Positions 1 through 13,752 of a DNA stretch of 64,000 nt are shown piece after piece. The stretch covers positions 25,730,001-25,794,000 of the forward strand of contig OX597835.1 in the NCBI GenBank assembly GCA_951406725.2, read 5' to 3'. Source of the stretch: Octopus vulgaris. Its lineage: Eukaryota. How positions within the stretch are numbered: the first letter of the stretch is position 1; the number at the start of each line of letters is the position of its first letter. The translations under genes and the position numbers were made by a program. The notes under the pieces were generated by a model. The model worked only from the letters and a program-made list of their open reading frames with translations, was not told the DNA's origin and made no database searches.

Positions 1-84
1 TAGAGCAAAGAAACATTTGAAGAGCTTCATAAAATCTACAGCATCAGCAGTAGCAGTAGCAGCAGCGGCAGTGTTGGAGGCCAT
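1..84 (-). CDS. Possible first coding exon of a host gene running off the window edge (MASNTAAAATATADAVDFMKLFKCFFAL...)
   Basis: Minus-strand ATG at 84 in strong context (aacATGg); open for 28 codons to the window edge; in-frame TAA upstream; acceptor-like tttattcag ending at 128; second Met starts a hydrophobic, signal-peptide-like stretch. Too short to identify. Confidence 0.3.
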   Translation of the reverse strand, partial: MASNTAAAATATADAVDFMKLFKCFFAL

Positions 85-175
85 GTTGTTACATAGACAC
101 ACTTAACTCTTGACGCTTAAAAACATTCTGAATAAATACACACACACACACCTCTACTCTCTCTCTCTATGTACG

Positions 176-234
<59 letters not shown>

Positions 235-343
235 TCTATATATTTACACACACTGCTTACTCTCATACACACTCCATACACTCACATATATGTAAGGATA
301 CATGCATGCATATATAGAATTATGCAGACGCATGCATAAAATG

Positions 344-418
<75 letters not shown>

Positions 419-453
419 ATGTATGTATGTGTGGGATATTTTTAATGTTTTAC

Positions 454-501
<48 letters not shown>

Positions 502-1089
502 AATGTTAGAAATATGGAAAATTAATAATAAAACTAAATGCGTTTTTCCTTTTAAAGCGAAGTTGATTAATTCCTGAGTATATTATTACAATCAAATTAT
601 TTCAGAATATTATAATATGTATTGAAAAATAGATTATCACAATCAAATTATTTAAAAATACATTATTACATATTCCTAAATATATCGCGCCCAAAACGCA
701 TTACTACAATTAAATCTTTTCATGATTACATTTTCCAAATTACATTACATTTTAAAGCTAAAATCATTTAAAAATACCTTATTTCAACATTCCAAAACAC
801 ATGCTTACAAATAATTACAGGATTGCATAATTAAACATTCCAAAGGAACAGAATTCCAGACCGGTTTCACTTCAAATAGTAGATATTCACTACAATGTGC
901 GTGTGTAATGGTCTGTAATGTACAACGGCGGAGCTGCTTTTTCTGTGACTATAGACAATATTTGTACTTTGTTTATCACAAAAAGTTAAAAACCAAATTA
1001 CAGCAAGAGAGTCATGTGAGGACTCTTGGTAAAGATAATATTACATTTTATCAAATCTGTTACAGATTTAAGAATGCGATGTGGATGTG

Positions 1090-1645
1090 GTTACGCTCAT
1101 AATCGTGTTGACGACCAACACAGACACATACACAGACACATACACAGACACATACACACACAAACACACAAACACACACACATGCACACACGCACAGACA
1201 CATACACACAGACATACACGCACACACACATGCGCACATACAGACACACACACACGCACACACGCACACGCACATACAGGCACAGACACACAGATACACA
1301 GACAGACACGCAAACACAGACACACACAGGCACACAGACACACACGCACACACACGGACACACGCACACACAGACGCACGCACACAGACACACACAAGCA
1401 CACACACAGACAAACAGACACAGACACAAACACAGACAGACACACAGACACACACACAGACACACACACGCACACACACCAACTTACATATATATACGAC
1501 AAGTTTCTATTCGATTTCCTTCACAAAGTATGGTTATATCCGAGCCTATAGGAGAAAAAAAAAACATTTCTAAGGTGCTAAGCATTGAAATTGAACCCGA
1601 GACTATGTAGTGATGACGTGGACTTTTTAAGTAAACAGCCATGCT
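1090..1645 (-). mobile_element. Degenerate tRNA-derived SINE family B with expanded internal (CA)n tract
   Basis: Divergent match to the SINE-B head (attgaacccgagactatgtag...cagccatgc) plus internal CA-rich expansion 1119-1480. Confidence 0.6.
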
Positions 1646-1768
1646 TATGTTTGTGATCTTTGGCCAACCATACTACAATGTAGTCTCTCTCTCTTTTTTC
1701 TCTCTTCCCCTCTCTCTCTATGTATATATGTATATATATATATTATATATGAATACATACTACCTATT

Positions 1769-1842
<74 letters not shown>

Positions 1843-1861
1843 TTTTTCTTTCTTTTTTCTT

Positions 1862-2258
1862 TTATTTGTTTCAGTCATTTGACAGCGGCCATGCTGGAGT
1901 ACCGCCTTTAGTCGAAGAAGTCGACTCCAGGACTTATTCATTATAAGCCTAGTGCTTATTCTATCTTTCTCTTTTGCCGAAACGCTATGTTACGGGGACG
2001 TAAACACACCAACATCGGTTGTCAAGCGATGGTGGTGGTGGTGGGGGACAAACACAGATACACAAACACACACGCACACATACATATATATACACATACA
2101 ACGGGCTTTTTTCAGTTTCCGTCCCCCAAATGCACTCACAAGGTTTTGGTCGGCCCGACGCTATAGAAGAAAACACTTGCCCAAGGTGCCACGTAGTGGG
2201 ATTGAACCCGTAACCAAGTGGTTGGTAAGCAAGCTACTTACCCCACAGCCATTCCTCC
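1862..2258 (-). mobile_element. tRNA-derived SINE family B, full length
   Basis: Head GGAATGGCTGTGGGGTAAG...GGGTTCAATCCC (A/B-box-like), internal TA/TG microsatellite, tail ...CATGGCCGCTGTCAAATGACTGAAACAAATAAA; more than 10 related copies in the window. Confidence 0.85.
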
Positions 2259-2498
2259 ATATATATATATATATATATATACATACATCCACACACTTAT
2301 ACACTCTCACAAATATCATTCACATATACACGTAACGTGTGTCTTACATACACCACATACACACTTTCACACTTTCACACATACACAACACACGCACAAA
2401 CTTATACGTACACGCACATATATGTATATACATGCACATTTACATACATACGCACACCAATATATATTTATATATGTATATATATATATATTCTCGCC

Positions 2499-2560
<62 letters not shown>

Positions 2561-2689
2561 CACATATATATTCATGTATGTATATATATATTTATATATA
2601 CGATTGCCTATGTACATACATGCAAATACATACTTTTATATAGGCAGTTTTATAAATATATATACTTACGTGTAAATATAGATATATGG

Positions 2690-2775
<86 letters not shown>

Positions 2776-2901
2776 GTATCTCTGTTTGTCTACCTGCCTG
2801 TCTGCCTGTCTGCCTGTCTGCCTGTCTGTCTGTCTGTATGTCTGTCTGTCTGTCTATCTATCTACCTACCTATCTATCTATCTATCAATTTATCCATCTA
2901 A

Positions 2902-2951
<50 letters not shown>

Positions 2952-3100
2952 ATCTGTCTGTCTGTCTATGTATCTATATATTTAGAGAGATATAGAGAGA
3001 AAGAGAAAGAAGGAGAGAGAGAGAGGAGAGAGAGAAAAGAAGAGAGAGAAGAGAGAGAGAGAAAGAGTGAGAGAAAGTGACAGATAGAAAGATAGATAGA
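2690..3100. repeat. (TATC)n/(TGTC)n followed by (GA)-rich compound microsatellite
   Basis: Direct inspection. Confidence 0.95.
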
Positions 3101-3471
3101 TATATAGATGCACGCATGCACGCGTATATATAAAAATATACCCTAAAAGATTGAAAATGATTCGTTAACAGATAATAACACTGTCTCCCGGCACAATTGT
3201 CACAGGTTCTAGTCTGGAGATAGTAATCTCATGGAGAAGGTGCTACTTAAAGAATTAAATTAGTCGATTTCTACGGTATATTACGAAGTGATTATTGTCG
3301 AAGTTTTGAAGAAGGCCGTTGCGTTAACATTCGATGATTTATTGATGAACGTCGTTATTTAGTATTATGTTCGGTACTTGGTGACTGGAAAAAGGCAAGA
3401 AACTCCGCGTTAATCTTTAAAAATTCAAGAAACAAACCCACCACACGCAGATACGAATTCTTCAATCTTTC

Positions 3472-3508
<37 letters not shown>

Positions 3509-3540
3509 CTTAATTACTAACCTTATATATATATATATAT

Positions 3541-3626
3541 TTCTATTCCTGAGCGCCATACTAATACAATTGTTTGTTTGTACTCCACCTGCCTTCGTCT
3601 TTTGTTTATTTTCGTAAAGCTTCCTG

Positions 3627-3628
<2 letters not shown>
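3541..3628 (+). mobile_element. Penelope-like pLTR 3' fragment in (TA)n
   Basis: Reverse complement matches the ends of the elements at 38596 and 45117 (ttcctgagcg...ccacctgccttcgtcttttgttt...cgtaaagcttcc). Confidence 0.6.
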
Positions 3629-3689
<61 letters not shown>

Positions 3690-3691
<2 letters not shown>

Positions 3692-4130
3692 GAAGGTTAG
3701 CAACTAAGTTCCCGCCGTTTTTTAAAATTTGAATTTTTAAAAAAGTTTGATAAAAAATAACAACTAATTAATCAATAATGTATTCACCCTTGTTGTTTAC
3801 AGCTTCTTCCCAAAGTTCTACAATATTTTCAATACCTCGTTGGTAGAACTCACCCAACCAAGCTCTCAATTCTGCATTAGTATTGAACGAAACTCCGTGC
3901 ATAACATTTGAAAGAGAACGAAAGAGGTGGAAATCCGTTATTAGCAAATCAGGAGAGTACGGCGGTTGTGGCAGCACTTCCCAGCTTTAGCGGCCTTAGA
4001 ACCTTGATTAAAAGCAAAAAGGAGGTGTCGAAAATGCTCGTTTTTCTTAACTTGGCATTCCATTTTAATGATCTGAAAATAAACAAAAATGAACTAAAAT
4101 TAACTAGAAAAGTAAAAAACAAAATAAATT
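3690..4130 (-). mobile_element. Internally deleted mariner transposon
   Basis: Minus strand: N-terminus MECQVKKNEHFRHLL (ATG at 4063) joined to C-terminal LPQPPYSPDL...DFHLFRSL...YQRGIENIVELWEEAVNNKGEYIID; YSPDL is the mariner motif; TIR-like end abuts (TA)n. Confidence 0.85.
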
Positions 4131-4451
4131 CGAAAAGAATTAAAAAGTAGAATTCTCGAAAAAAAAAAGATTCCTACTACCATTTTAACATCAGGGGGTC
4201 GACTACTCCGGTTAGTTATTCGATGCAATCTGGACATGATATATATTGCAAGCAGGGGAGTGAACTCCTACCAACTTCCAGCCACAAGATCATCAGACTG
4301 TACAATTTCGTGCTCTTTGTGCTCGTCCTCCGATAGAGATAGCAATAGTTCACTCCAATTCGTAATATATAGAAAATAAATGATTCCATCAAATAAAATG
4401 AAATAAAACTAATTTCTAATTTGTATAATTTACAGTAATTGTTTTATTATA

Positions 4452-4659
4452 CAGGGTGGCCCAAAAGTAGGTTTACAGTTATTCAACTCTTTCGCATTCT
4501 CATATTAACAGTTTAGATCTTAATTATAAAATAAAAATGAAACCATTATTCTATGCTTATTTGGTTAATTGTAAGACAGAAATTTAAATGTAATAAAATG
4601 TTTTTAAAAAATTTAAAGTGCTTATGTGATAACTGTAAACCTACTTTTGGGCCTCTCTG
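4452..4659. mobile_element. Tc1/mariner-type MITE
   Basis: 31-bp TIRs CAGGGTGGCCCAAAAGTAGGTTTACAGTTAT (2 mismatches), with TA on both sides. Confidence 0.9.
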
Positions 4660-4816
4660 TATTTCGAAATTTTATCAACATAATCGTAATCTTCTTCATC
4701 GGAAACCTACTTCTGCGAAATTTCATTAAAAAATGTGTTTTTCAGAAAATTCTGCACCTTTTATGCTAAATATCACCGTATCTTTCTTTCTATACGACGA
4801 AGAGCACGACTGGGGA

Positions 4817-4950
4817 AACGAACGAACGAACGAACGAACGAACGAACCAACCAACCAACCGACCGACCAACCAACCAACCAACCAACCAACCAACCAACC
4901 AACCAACCAACCAACCAGCCGACCGACCGACCGACCGACCAACCAACCAA
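4817..4950. repeat. (AACG)n/(AACC)n/(GACC)n compound tetranucleotide microsatellite
   Basis: Direct inspection. Confidence 0.95.
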
Positions 4951-5542
4951 CATTTATATCGGCTATTATTTTAAAAAGAAATAAAACGTTTTAAGAATGT
5001 ACATCGGGGGATTTAATTCGCTTTGAATTAATGGAGATTGACTGATGTTTGTTAGATTAAAGAAATTTACTTTTACGAAATTAAAATTACCAACACCGTC
5101 ACTCTCCTAGTTGCACACACTTACACAAACACACACGCTTACACACGCACATTTACACACACGCAAACATGCACACACACACACACACGCGCGCGCGCAT
5201 AGATACGCATTTACTCATATGAATATTGACAGAATAAATAGGCTTAAAAAGAAAATGGTAGTGAGGCCAATTAGTTCGACTGAAAAATTCCTCAATTCGT
5301 TGCCCCAGCATGGCCGCAGTTAACTGACTGAAACAAGTCAAAGATAAAAGATAGAAATATATATATGTATGTGTGTGTGTCTTTGTGTCTGCGTTTGTAT
5401 ACTCCCCCCATTGCCACCGCTTAACAACCGGTGTTAGCATGTTTACGTCCACGTAACTTAGCGGTCCTACAAAAGATACCGATAAAATAAGTACCAGGCT
5501 TGTGTACTGTGTACTGTGACTGCAATATATTTGTGGGATTAA

Positions 5543-5940
5543 GGCGGCGAGCTGGCAGAAACGGTAGCACGCCGGGCGAAATGCTGAGCGGTATTTCGTC
5601 TGCCGTTACGTTCTGAGTTCAAATTCCGCCGAGGTCGACTTTGCCTTTCATCCTTTCGGGGTCGATTAAATAAGTACCAGTTACAAACTGGGATCGATAT
5701 AATCGACTTAATCCGTTTGTCTGTCCTTGTTTGTCCTCTCTGTGTTTAGCCCTTTTTCGGCGGTAAAGAAATAGGTATTTCGTCTGACTTTACGTTCTAA
5801 GTTCAAATTCTGCCGAGGTCGACTTTGCCTTTCATCCATTCGGGGTCAATAAATTAAGTACCAGCTGCGTACTGGGTCGATCTAATCGACTGGCCCCCTC
5901 ACCCAAAATTTAGGGTCATGTACCTAGATTAGACAAGAAT
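5543..5940 (+). mobile_element. tRNA-derived SINE family A, dimeric form
   Basis: Head GGCGGCGAGCTGGCAGAAACG...GAGTTCAAATTCCGCC, core GTCGACTTTGCCTTTCATCCTTTCGGGGTCG; headless second monomer from about 5774; TSD-like atatatttgtggg / atatctttgtggg. Confidence 0.9.
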
Positions 5941-6521
5941 ATCTTTGTGGGCTCATAGTTAATCACTTGGAACGTTCCAATGCTGAACTACACGTTGCGT
6001 TATTCAACCGAATAATTTATTGCATGTAGACCTTGCTGTAGTTTTATGATACAATAAAGGTTCGCAATTGCTTGTGATACTTTTGTATCGTGGCGTAGCT
6101 GGTAAACTGACTGTATGTACAACGGTATAACTGAGAGCATGATCAAGGGAATCCGGCAATATCTTCAGGGAAGTTCTTTCATAGAATCGACATAGAATTA
6201 ATGTTGCTGACGAAGTACCTTTGAAAGCTGTTGCTTGGCTTCTATCTTTTAAGACGTTATGCAGCCGCTGCTCTAGTTTCCTAACTATGCTGAGATCACG
6301 CAGTTTGTGATATATATATATATACCACGACCACTTTTATCAACGGCCATTGTAAAGTCCATATATATATATATATACACACACATACATGCACACAAAC
6401 ATATATATATAAATACATACATATATATATATATATATATACATACACACGCACATGCACACAAACATATATATATATATATATATATATAAATACATAC
6501 ATACATACATACATATATATA

Positions 6522-7649
6522 TCTTTATATATATAAAACTGAGAATGTGTGTCTGTCTGTGTGTTTCCCCAAAACTTGAGAACTACAAAACCGATTTCAT
6601 TAACATTTTACACATGCCTTACTTAGGGTCCATGTAGTTTTATGGGCAAAAAAATGTTCAACTTCTTGCCTAGAGCGAGCCCATAGCAATATCATATCTT
6701 CTCCACTATTTCAGTATTACGTGTAAAAAGTGAAACAAAAACATTTCTCTATTTTATGTCAGATACTTTCACTTTAACAATAAAAATAATAATAACAATT
6801 GAATTATATGTAGTAAGTAATAATTAAAATCAAACTAAAGTATAATATTATCGTAACATAACAACAGTAAAAATATAGCAATTGGTATAAAATTGCATCA
6901 ATGACTTGAACTTGAATCGGTGGTTTCACATGAATGGGAATAAATAAAAAATAAAATTTAAGTGTAGAAATGGAATAGTCCAGATGGAGGTGTGCACGGC
7001 TTTTACATTAGATTATTTGCTAATTAGCTAGCATGAAGCATTCTACTGAGTACCGCTGTTAGCTTATTTCTGATCCATAAAGACCTATAGCTTCAACAGA
7101 GTACTGCTTTTTGGTTTACCGTAAGGTTTGTTGTTATTATTATTTCTGTTTAACTATTGTTATCACGTTTGTTGGTTCCTTGTAAGGGAAGCGTTGTTGT
7201 GTTGCATTTGTTAAATAATTGTAAACCGTAACCCTCCCCCTTTGGGAGAAGGAGCTTTGGATATTGTTTCAAAATTGAATTGTGTCCCTGTTTGGGGAAA
7301 TTGACAATATTTTCACCGTTTACACGGAAGTATTTTTGTTAAAATGTCTTCGATAGAAGAAAGTCCCAAAATGAATTTCGCTGCAGCCGTCGGATTGTAG
7401 CCACACTTCTATACAAGAGGGAGGAAAAGATACAATTGATCGAAATTACAAGAGACGGGCTAACAATTCCAGTCTGTTATATATTTTGAGTATTGTTATC
7501 ACTAGCGATATCAAGATATAACTTTGTATTTTGTATTTTATGTGTAGATGTATATATATAGATGTACATGTAATATGTACTCATATATATATACACATAT
7601 ATACATGCACTAGCACTATGACCCGGCAGTGACGGGTCTTTAATGCTAG
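6522..7649 (+). mobile_element. Non-autonomous Helitron
   Basis: Starts TC(TTTATATATATAAAA), ends CTAG preceded by the hairpin GACCCG-gcagtga-CGGGTC, and sits between A and T: the canonical Helitron termini. Confidence 0.8.
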
Positions 7650-7701
7650 TATATATATATATATATATATATATAAACATGTAATATATATACATATATA
7701 T

Positions 7702-7890
7702 AGTGAGAATTTACAAAAATAAAAACAAAAGACGAAGACGGGTGTGTAAACGACAAACAGATGTATTAGTTTAACGCTCGGGAAGTGAGAAAGTCTTTTA
7801 CGTTTCGAGCCTACGCTTTTCGACAGAAAAGAAAACAGAAATAATCAGGAAGAGAAAATAGAAAAGGGTTGAGTGGCTAGCGGTGGCTAA
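7702..7890 (-). mobile_element. Penelope-like pLTR fragment with hammerhead-like motif
   Basis: Homologous to 38596-38780 and 45117-45290; minus-strand CTGTCGA-aaagc-gtag-gctc-GAAA-cg-TA at 7795-7830; adjacent to (TA)n. Confidence 0.65.
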
Positions 7891-7912
7891 TAAAAAAATC
7901 TATCTAGCTATA

Positions 7913-8795
7913 CAGGGTGCAATAAGTAAATTGTTGCCATGTTATATTTTTAATTTCGCACATGTGCATTGTTTGTTTTTGATTCTGTCGACTACACAGT
8001 ATAATAGGGTCAGTTGGGCACCGTCAGTGAGAAAAGCAGCATCATGACGCAATTCATTCTGCCAGAAGTTTGGAAACAACATGCTGTACTGCTTGGCATT
8101 CGTATCGGACGCCCCAATATGAACATTTCAGAGTGTTTTGGTGTCAATCTGAGGACATTAATCGAGAGTGATAAAAATCAAACATCCAGTTAACATCATG
8201 GTGTTTAGAGTGATCATTAGTGATGCGATGTTATCACTCCATCTTCCCACACGGCCTCAAACTCAACACGGAGGCTTACATCAAGTTCCTGGGTGTGATA
8301 GTGCTGCCCTGGGTCAAGAGGGTGGCTCATGGAAGACCCTATGTCTGGCAACAGGACTCTGCCCCATGCCACAAACACACAACACACACAAGCAAGAGAA
8401 CTCAGTTATGGCTCTCAGAAAATTTCTGCGACCTCATCACTCCTAAGATCTGGTCACCAAACTCCCTAGACTGCAACCCCCTTGATTATTATGTGTGGGG
8501 CACAGTTGAGCAAGAGACAAACAAAACCCGTTGAAACACCAAAGATGAACTGAAGGCAAGGATTATGGCAGCATTCACCAACTTAAACAAAGAAACCACC
8601 CAGAAGAGTTGCAAGAAATTCCGAAGTCGTCTGGAGGTTGTGGTTGAAGCCAATGGCGATTTTATTGAATAGATTTACTCTTTAGTATTTCATGATATTT
8701 TTACGTAATGTTGGTAAATATATCTGTTAAAATGAGATGTCAGTGTTATTTTCGTTTTTGCGTAACGTAGACGACAGTTTATTCGGCGCAGCCTG
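7913..8795 (+). mobile_element. Deleted Tc1/mariner-superfamily (Tc1/maT-like) transposon
   Basis: Transposase C-terminus YVWQQDSAPCH...IWSPNSLDCNPLDYYVWGTVE (ORF 8220-8534); degenerate TIRs CAGGGTGC.../...GCAGCCTG flanked by TA. Confidence 0.85.
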
Positions 8796-8851
8796 TATAT
8801 ATACATACATATATACATACATACATACACGCACACACATATATATATATT

Positions 8852-8905
<54 letters not shown>

Positions 8906-8924
8906 GTATATATATATATATGTA

Positions 8925-8957
<33 letters not shown>

Positions 8958-8972
8958 ATATATATATCTGTA

Positions 8973-9008
<36 letters not shown>

Positions 9009-9730
9009 TGTATGTATGTATGTATGTATGTATGTATATATATATATCTGTATATATATATATATGTATGTATGTATGTATTTTCATAAAGTTTCCCGTT
9101 ATATATATATATGTGTGTGTGTGTGTGTATGTATATGCATTTATATGTGGGCACATATATGCATGCTCTATATGTGTATGCCTTACTTTCTCGCTTTGTC
9201 TATCTGTGATTTTCTAGTTTGCGTCTCTCTTTTCTCCTTCCCTCCTTCTCTCCCCTTACTCTCTCCTCTCCCCTCTCCCTCTATGCATTCACACATATAG
9301 TGTAGTAGGTATATGTGAATGCGTCTAATTGCTATATAAAGAGTGGAGATTAACGTAACCAATAACATGTTCCTAAGGCTACATACGGTGTCTCATGTGC
9401 TTCACATCGTATATATCTACTATGTTTGATATACTTATGATCAAAGCGAAAGTTCTACACAAACTGATATCAAAAACTTCTGAACAGAACTATTCAGTGT
9501 ACTGCGAACTAAAACGGCTAAGAGCAAACATAAAGATTTAAAGAAACACACATACATATATTTAGTTTTCTCTTTTTCTTTTTCTGTCTATCAGTTTCTT
9601 TTTCTGCCTGTCTATCTCTCTCTCTATATAAATATGTACATGTGTGTATGCATGTATCTATGCATCTATATACATACATATATATATATATATTGTATTT
9701 TATATATATATATATATGTATATATATATA

Positions 9731-9968
9731 GTCGTCTACCTTTCAACTTCTGTTCTTTCAACATGTGATCTCTTGAGCACCACCAGCAAAAATATTTTTT
9801 TCCTCTGTCTTCCCTTCTCGGGATCTTTCCTTCTCCTTTGTTTCCGACGAAGAGCTCCGCTCGAAACGTTAAACCCTTCTTCCCTTCTTTCCTGAGCGTC
9901 AAATAATACTTTAATTGTTCCACGTCCTCGCGTTGGTGTGTTTTTTTTCTGTGTTTTCTTGTTTGGAT

Positions 9969-9972
<4 letters not shown>
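9731..9972 (+). mobile_element. Penelope-like pLTR fragment in (TA)n
   Basis: Flanked by (TA)n on both sides; contains a minimal hammerhead; 3' part resembles the other pLTR fragments (ttcctgagcg). Confidence 0.65.
9840..9874 (+). ncRNA. Minimal type I hammerhead ribozyme-like motif (U4C variant)
   Basis: gttt-CCGACGA-a-gagc-tcc-gctc-GAAA-cg-TT-aaac: stems I and II pair; stem III is reduced to a palindromic CG, as in Penelope minimal hammerheads. Confidence 0.6.
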
Positions 9973-10011
<39 letters not shown>

Positions 10012-10022
10012 ATCTATCTATC

Positions 10023-10138
<116 letters not shown>

Positions 10139-10145
10139 ATATATG

Positions 10146-10220
<75 letters not shown>

Positions 10221-10679
10221 AAATAGCAGTCGAAACACTGACTATAGTACCACGTTAAATGTTCATATCGCACCATGAGGTAAAGCGGAGGGACAAAACA
10301 TACAAGCAAAAATTATTGAATAATTCAAGATCCAAGGATTTCTGGTTCTGCTTTAGATAAGCTTTACCGTCATCAATTGAATATATCAAGGGTACATCAA
10401 TACAGATATATATATGCACAGCAAACGATATACTTACATATACGAGCGTCGCACATACATACATATGCACGTATGGACACAGCCAGTTTGAATCGCCCGC
10501 CAAATCACCGCATAAGTACGACATGGTTAAAATAAGCACCGCAGTGAATATAATAACGAATTATATATTATATAAATTTATATATGAGGATAATATCGAT
10601 ATTTAAGTGTCGAAATTATCAAGTGGCCAGCATGAAAGAAATACCTTACAAAGGTAAAAAAATTTTCTAACAATTAAAA

Positions 10680-10852
10680 ATGAGGGTGTCTAAAATAATA
10701 CAAAATGGGACAAGAACGTAAAACATCCGGAAAGCCAGCTGATACAAAAAGGGACAACAAAACGTCCAGACGGGTCATTCAAAGCTTCCCCCATCCCCAG
10801 TCAAGCACCAGATTATCCTCGCAATTTCAGTTGATTATATATATGTGCATAT

Positions 10853-10943
<91 letters not shown>

Positions 10944-11317
10944 CCCATGGGCTCTTAAGGAGCGTCCTCGTTCGAATTGCTTTGCTGCGCCTCTGTTTTG
11001 TTTTGTTCTGACAACGTAATTCCTGGTTTTTCCTGAAGAGAAAGCTGCAATATGGTATCCTTATTTAATCAGAATTTGGAAAATTGTGGCCTTTGAAACA
11101 TGTGTAGAATGTAATAAAAGGAATTCTGTACAATCTTCGTTCAACTCCATTTCTTCCATTCACTAATTATATTAAACTTCAATTATCCGCACCAACGCAC
11201 GGTTGCAACACCATATGGTCTTATCTCCAACCGTGTTTTTTCTGCTGTGATTTTTGCTACCCAGGTATCGGTTAAACTTTTGAATAATCCGTAACAAGAT
11301 AATTCATCTTTCCATTT

Positions 11318-11320
<3 letters not shown>
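10680..11320. mobile_element. Degenerate Penelope-like pLTR fragments separated by microsatellite
   Basis: Segments bounded by (TA)n; CTGAAGA...GAAAC with a pairing stem II (aaagctgcaat/attgtggccttt) at about 11033-11100, followed by AATAAA. Confidence 0.45.
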
Positions 11321-11371
<51 letters not shown>

Positions 11372-11402
11372 GTATATGCATATATATATATATATATATA
11401 TA

Positions 11403-11681
11403 TCTTTATATATCAAAGAGAGGTTGTGTGTCTGTCTCCTACGATTTAGATTCCTTACTCCCACATTTTGCGGTGCAGTTTAACCAAAACCGGGTATCTT
11501 ATAGTCGCGCGTCTACGATGAGTCTACGATTAAAAAAAAAATTGACCATCATTTTTTCCATTTTAATGCATTTTTTTCGCTATTATATAAGTAACTCTCT
11601 AAAAATGTCTACGATGAGTCAACGATTTAAAAAAATTTACCATCAAATTTATTCCATTTTTAATGCATGTTTTTGCTATTT

Positions 11682-11685
<4 letters not shown>
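11403..11685 (+). mobile_element. Helitron-like 5' fragment
   Basis: Start TCTTTATATATCAAAGAGAGGTTGTGTGTCTGTCT resembles the 5' end at 6522; contains an internal duplication of about 75 bp (gtctacgatgagtc...ttaatgca). Confidence 0.55.
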
Positions 11686-11735
<50 letters not shown>

Positions 11736-11800
11736 GTATATGCATATATATAACATAAACACAATATATATGAATATATATAAATATGTATACATATATA

Positions 11801-11843
<43 letters not shown>

Positions 11844-11977
11844 AGGAGGATGAAAACACCAAAAAGTGGATCACGGCGAGATTTGAGCTCAGAATATAAA
11901 ACAAGACTTTACGGAATACCACGAGCTAGTTTGCATAACTGTTTTTGCAAATCTCACTGTTCTAACAAAATCAACTG

Positions 11978-12036
11978 CACCCACCGCCGCCGCCGCCGCC
12001 ACCACCACCACCACCAAACCTCCACCGCTGTTGCTG

Positions 12037-12080
<44 letters not shown>

Positions 12081-12156
12081 GCCACTGCTGCCGCTGCTGC
12101 TACTGCTGCTGCTACTGCTGCTGCTACTGCTGCTGCTACTGCTGCTGCTACTGCTG

Positions 12157-12192
<36 letters not shown>

Positions 12193-12193
12193 G
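11978..12193. repeat. Compound trinucleotide tract (CCG)(CCA)(CTA)(CTG)
   Basis: Direct inspection. Confidence 0.95.
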
Positions 12194-13379
12194 TTATAAA
12201 CGAAACAAAGGAACCGTTGATATTTACTCTCATAGGAATGAAATAAAAATGAAAAAAAAGCAAGCAAAAAATTTAAGGAAGAAACATTGAAAATAAGAAA
12301 CAAAAAAGGAAAGAAAGGAAAAGGTTTTACTGTCCTTAATGAAATCAATAGCAAAATCGAAAAAAAAGACAAAAAGGAAGAAATTAAAGACGCAAATGAG
12401 AAACATAAAATAAAAATAAAATAAAGAAAAGGGAGACAAACACCACGGAAATACAACACAACAACAACAACAACAGCAGCAAGAAGAAGAAGAAGAAGAA
12501 GGAAAGCTTAAATCAATAAATGGCTGGAATGCGAGATTCTTGGAAAATTACAAAATAGTCCATAATACGAAAAGTGAAAAGCGACAAGAAATCTTTGAAC
12601 AAGACAAATAATTCGACACCAACGCTAAAAGATTTGATCAAGAACTAATTGAATAAAAATAGAAATAAATTCAAAGACAAATCGATGTAGCACTAAAGGA
12701 AAGAAGAGAAAGACGAACGGAGAGGAACTTTTAATCGAGGATGTGTGAAACAATAAACACACCTGCTGCTGGAGATGCTGTTGTCGGAGATGGTATCAAT
12801 TCTAGAAGTAGCCAACATGTTGCATAACACTGAGTAACATGATGTTCGTCCTTGGGTAGCAACTGTTTTTTCCTGTTTGTTTACCTTTAGATAGTATGCA
12901 AAAATGGCTAATGTTTCCTTGTTTTTGTTGTAGTTATTCAAATCCCAGAGAATCCCTCTCAACACATGACTCTGATGCTCCCCCCCACTATTCCTGCTCG
13001 TGATTAGAGATGCACATATTGTCAGCTCAAGTGTTTATGGTCAAGGCAACTGACAAGCAAATCTGTGGTAATGAGCAGAATATTTGCTATAACGATATTT
13101 CTGCTTTAGCAACTCAGCGCAGAATCTTTCTGAAATGTAATGGAAAATAGGTCAGTTTCATAACATTGACGTCCAGGTCACAAAAGCAAAGTTTGAAGGG
13201 AATAGTAGTCATTTCCTTTGATTTCTAGATAGAAGCAAATAAGAAAATAACACTTACTGACCAAAGACAAAAAAAAATTATACAGTGTAATCGAACCATT
13301 CGACAGGGACATATAAAGTGTTGGCAAAAATATTTAGTGGTTAGGGTGTTGGACTCATATTTATCTACTATTTGATTTA

Positions 13380-13752
13380 AGCGTTTTAATCATTAGACTG
13401 CGGCCATGCTGCAGCACCGCCTTGAAGAATTTTAGTAAAACGAACCCACCCCGGTACATATTTTTGTTTTAAGCCTGGTGCTTAGTATATCGGTATCTTT
13501 TGCCGAACCGCTAATTTACAGGGACGTCAACACACGAACAACGGTTGTCAAGCGGTGGTGGGGTACAAGTGCAGACACAAAGACACACACAGACACAGAC
13601 ACAAACACACGCACATACACACACATATAGTCACTCACACACGACGGGCTTTGGTCGGCCAGAGGCTATAGTAGAAAACATTTGCTCAAGGTACCATGCA
13701 GTGAAACTGAACCCGGAACCATGTGGTTGGGAAGAAAACTTCTTACCACATA
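13380..13752 (-). mobile_element. SINE family B
   Basis: Similar to 1862-2258. Confidence 0.8.

Noticed and set aside
6205-6230. Hammerhead-like CTGACGA...GAAA
   Set aside because: Stem II is too weak and there is no convincing stem I.
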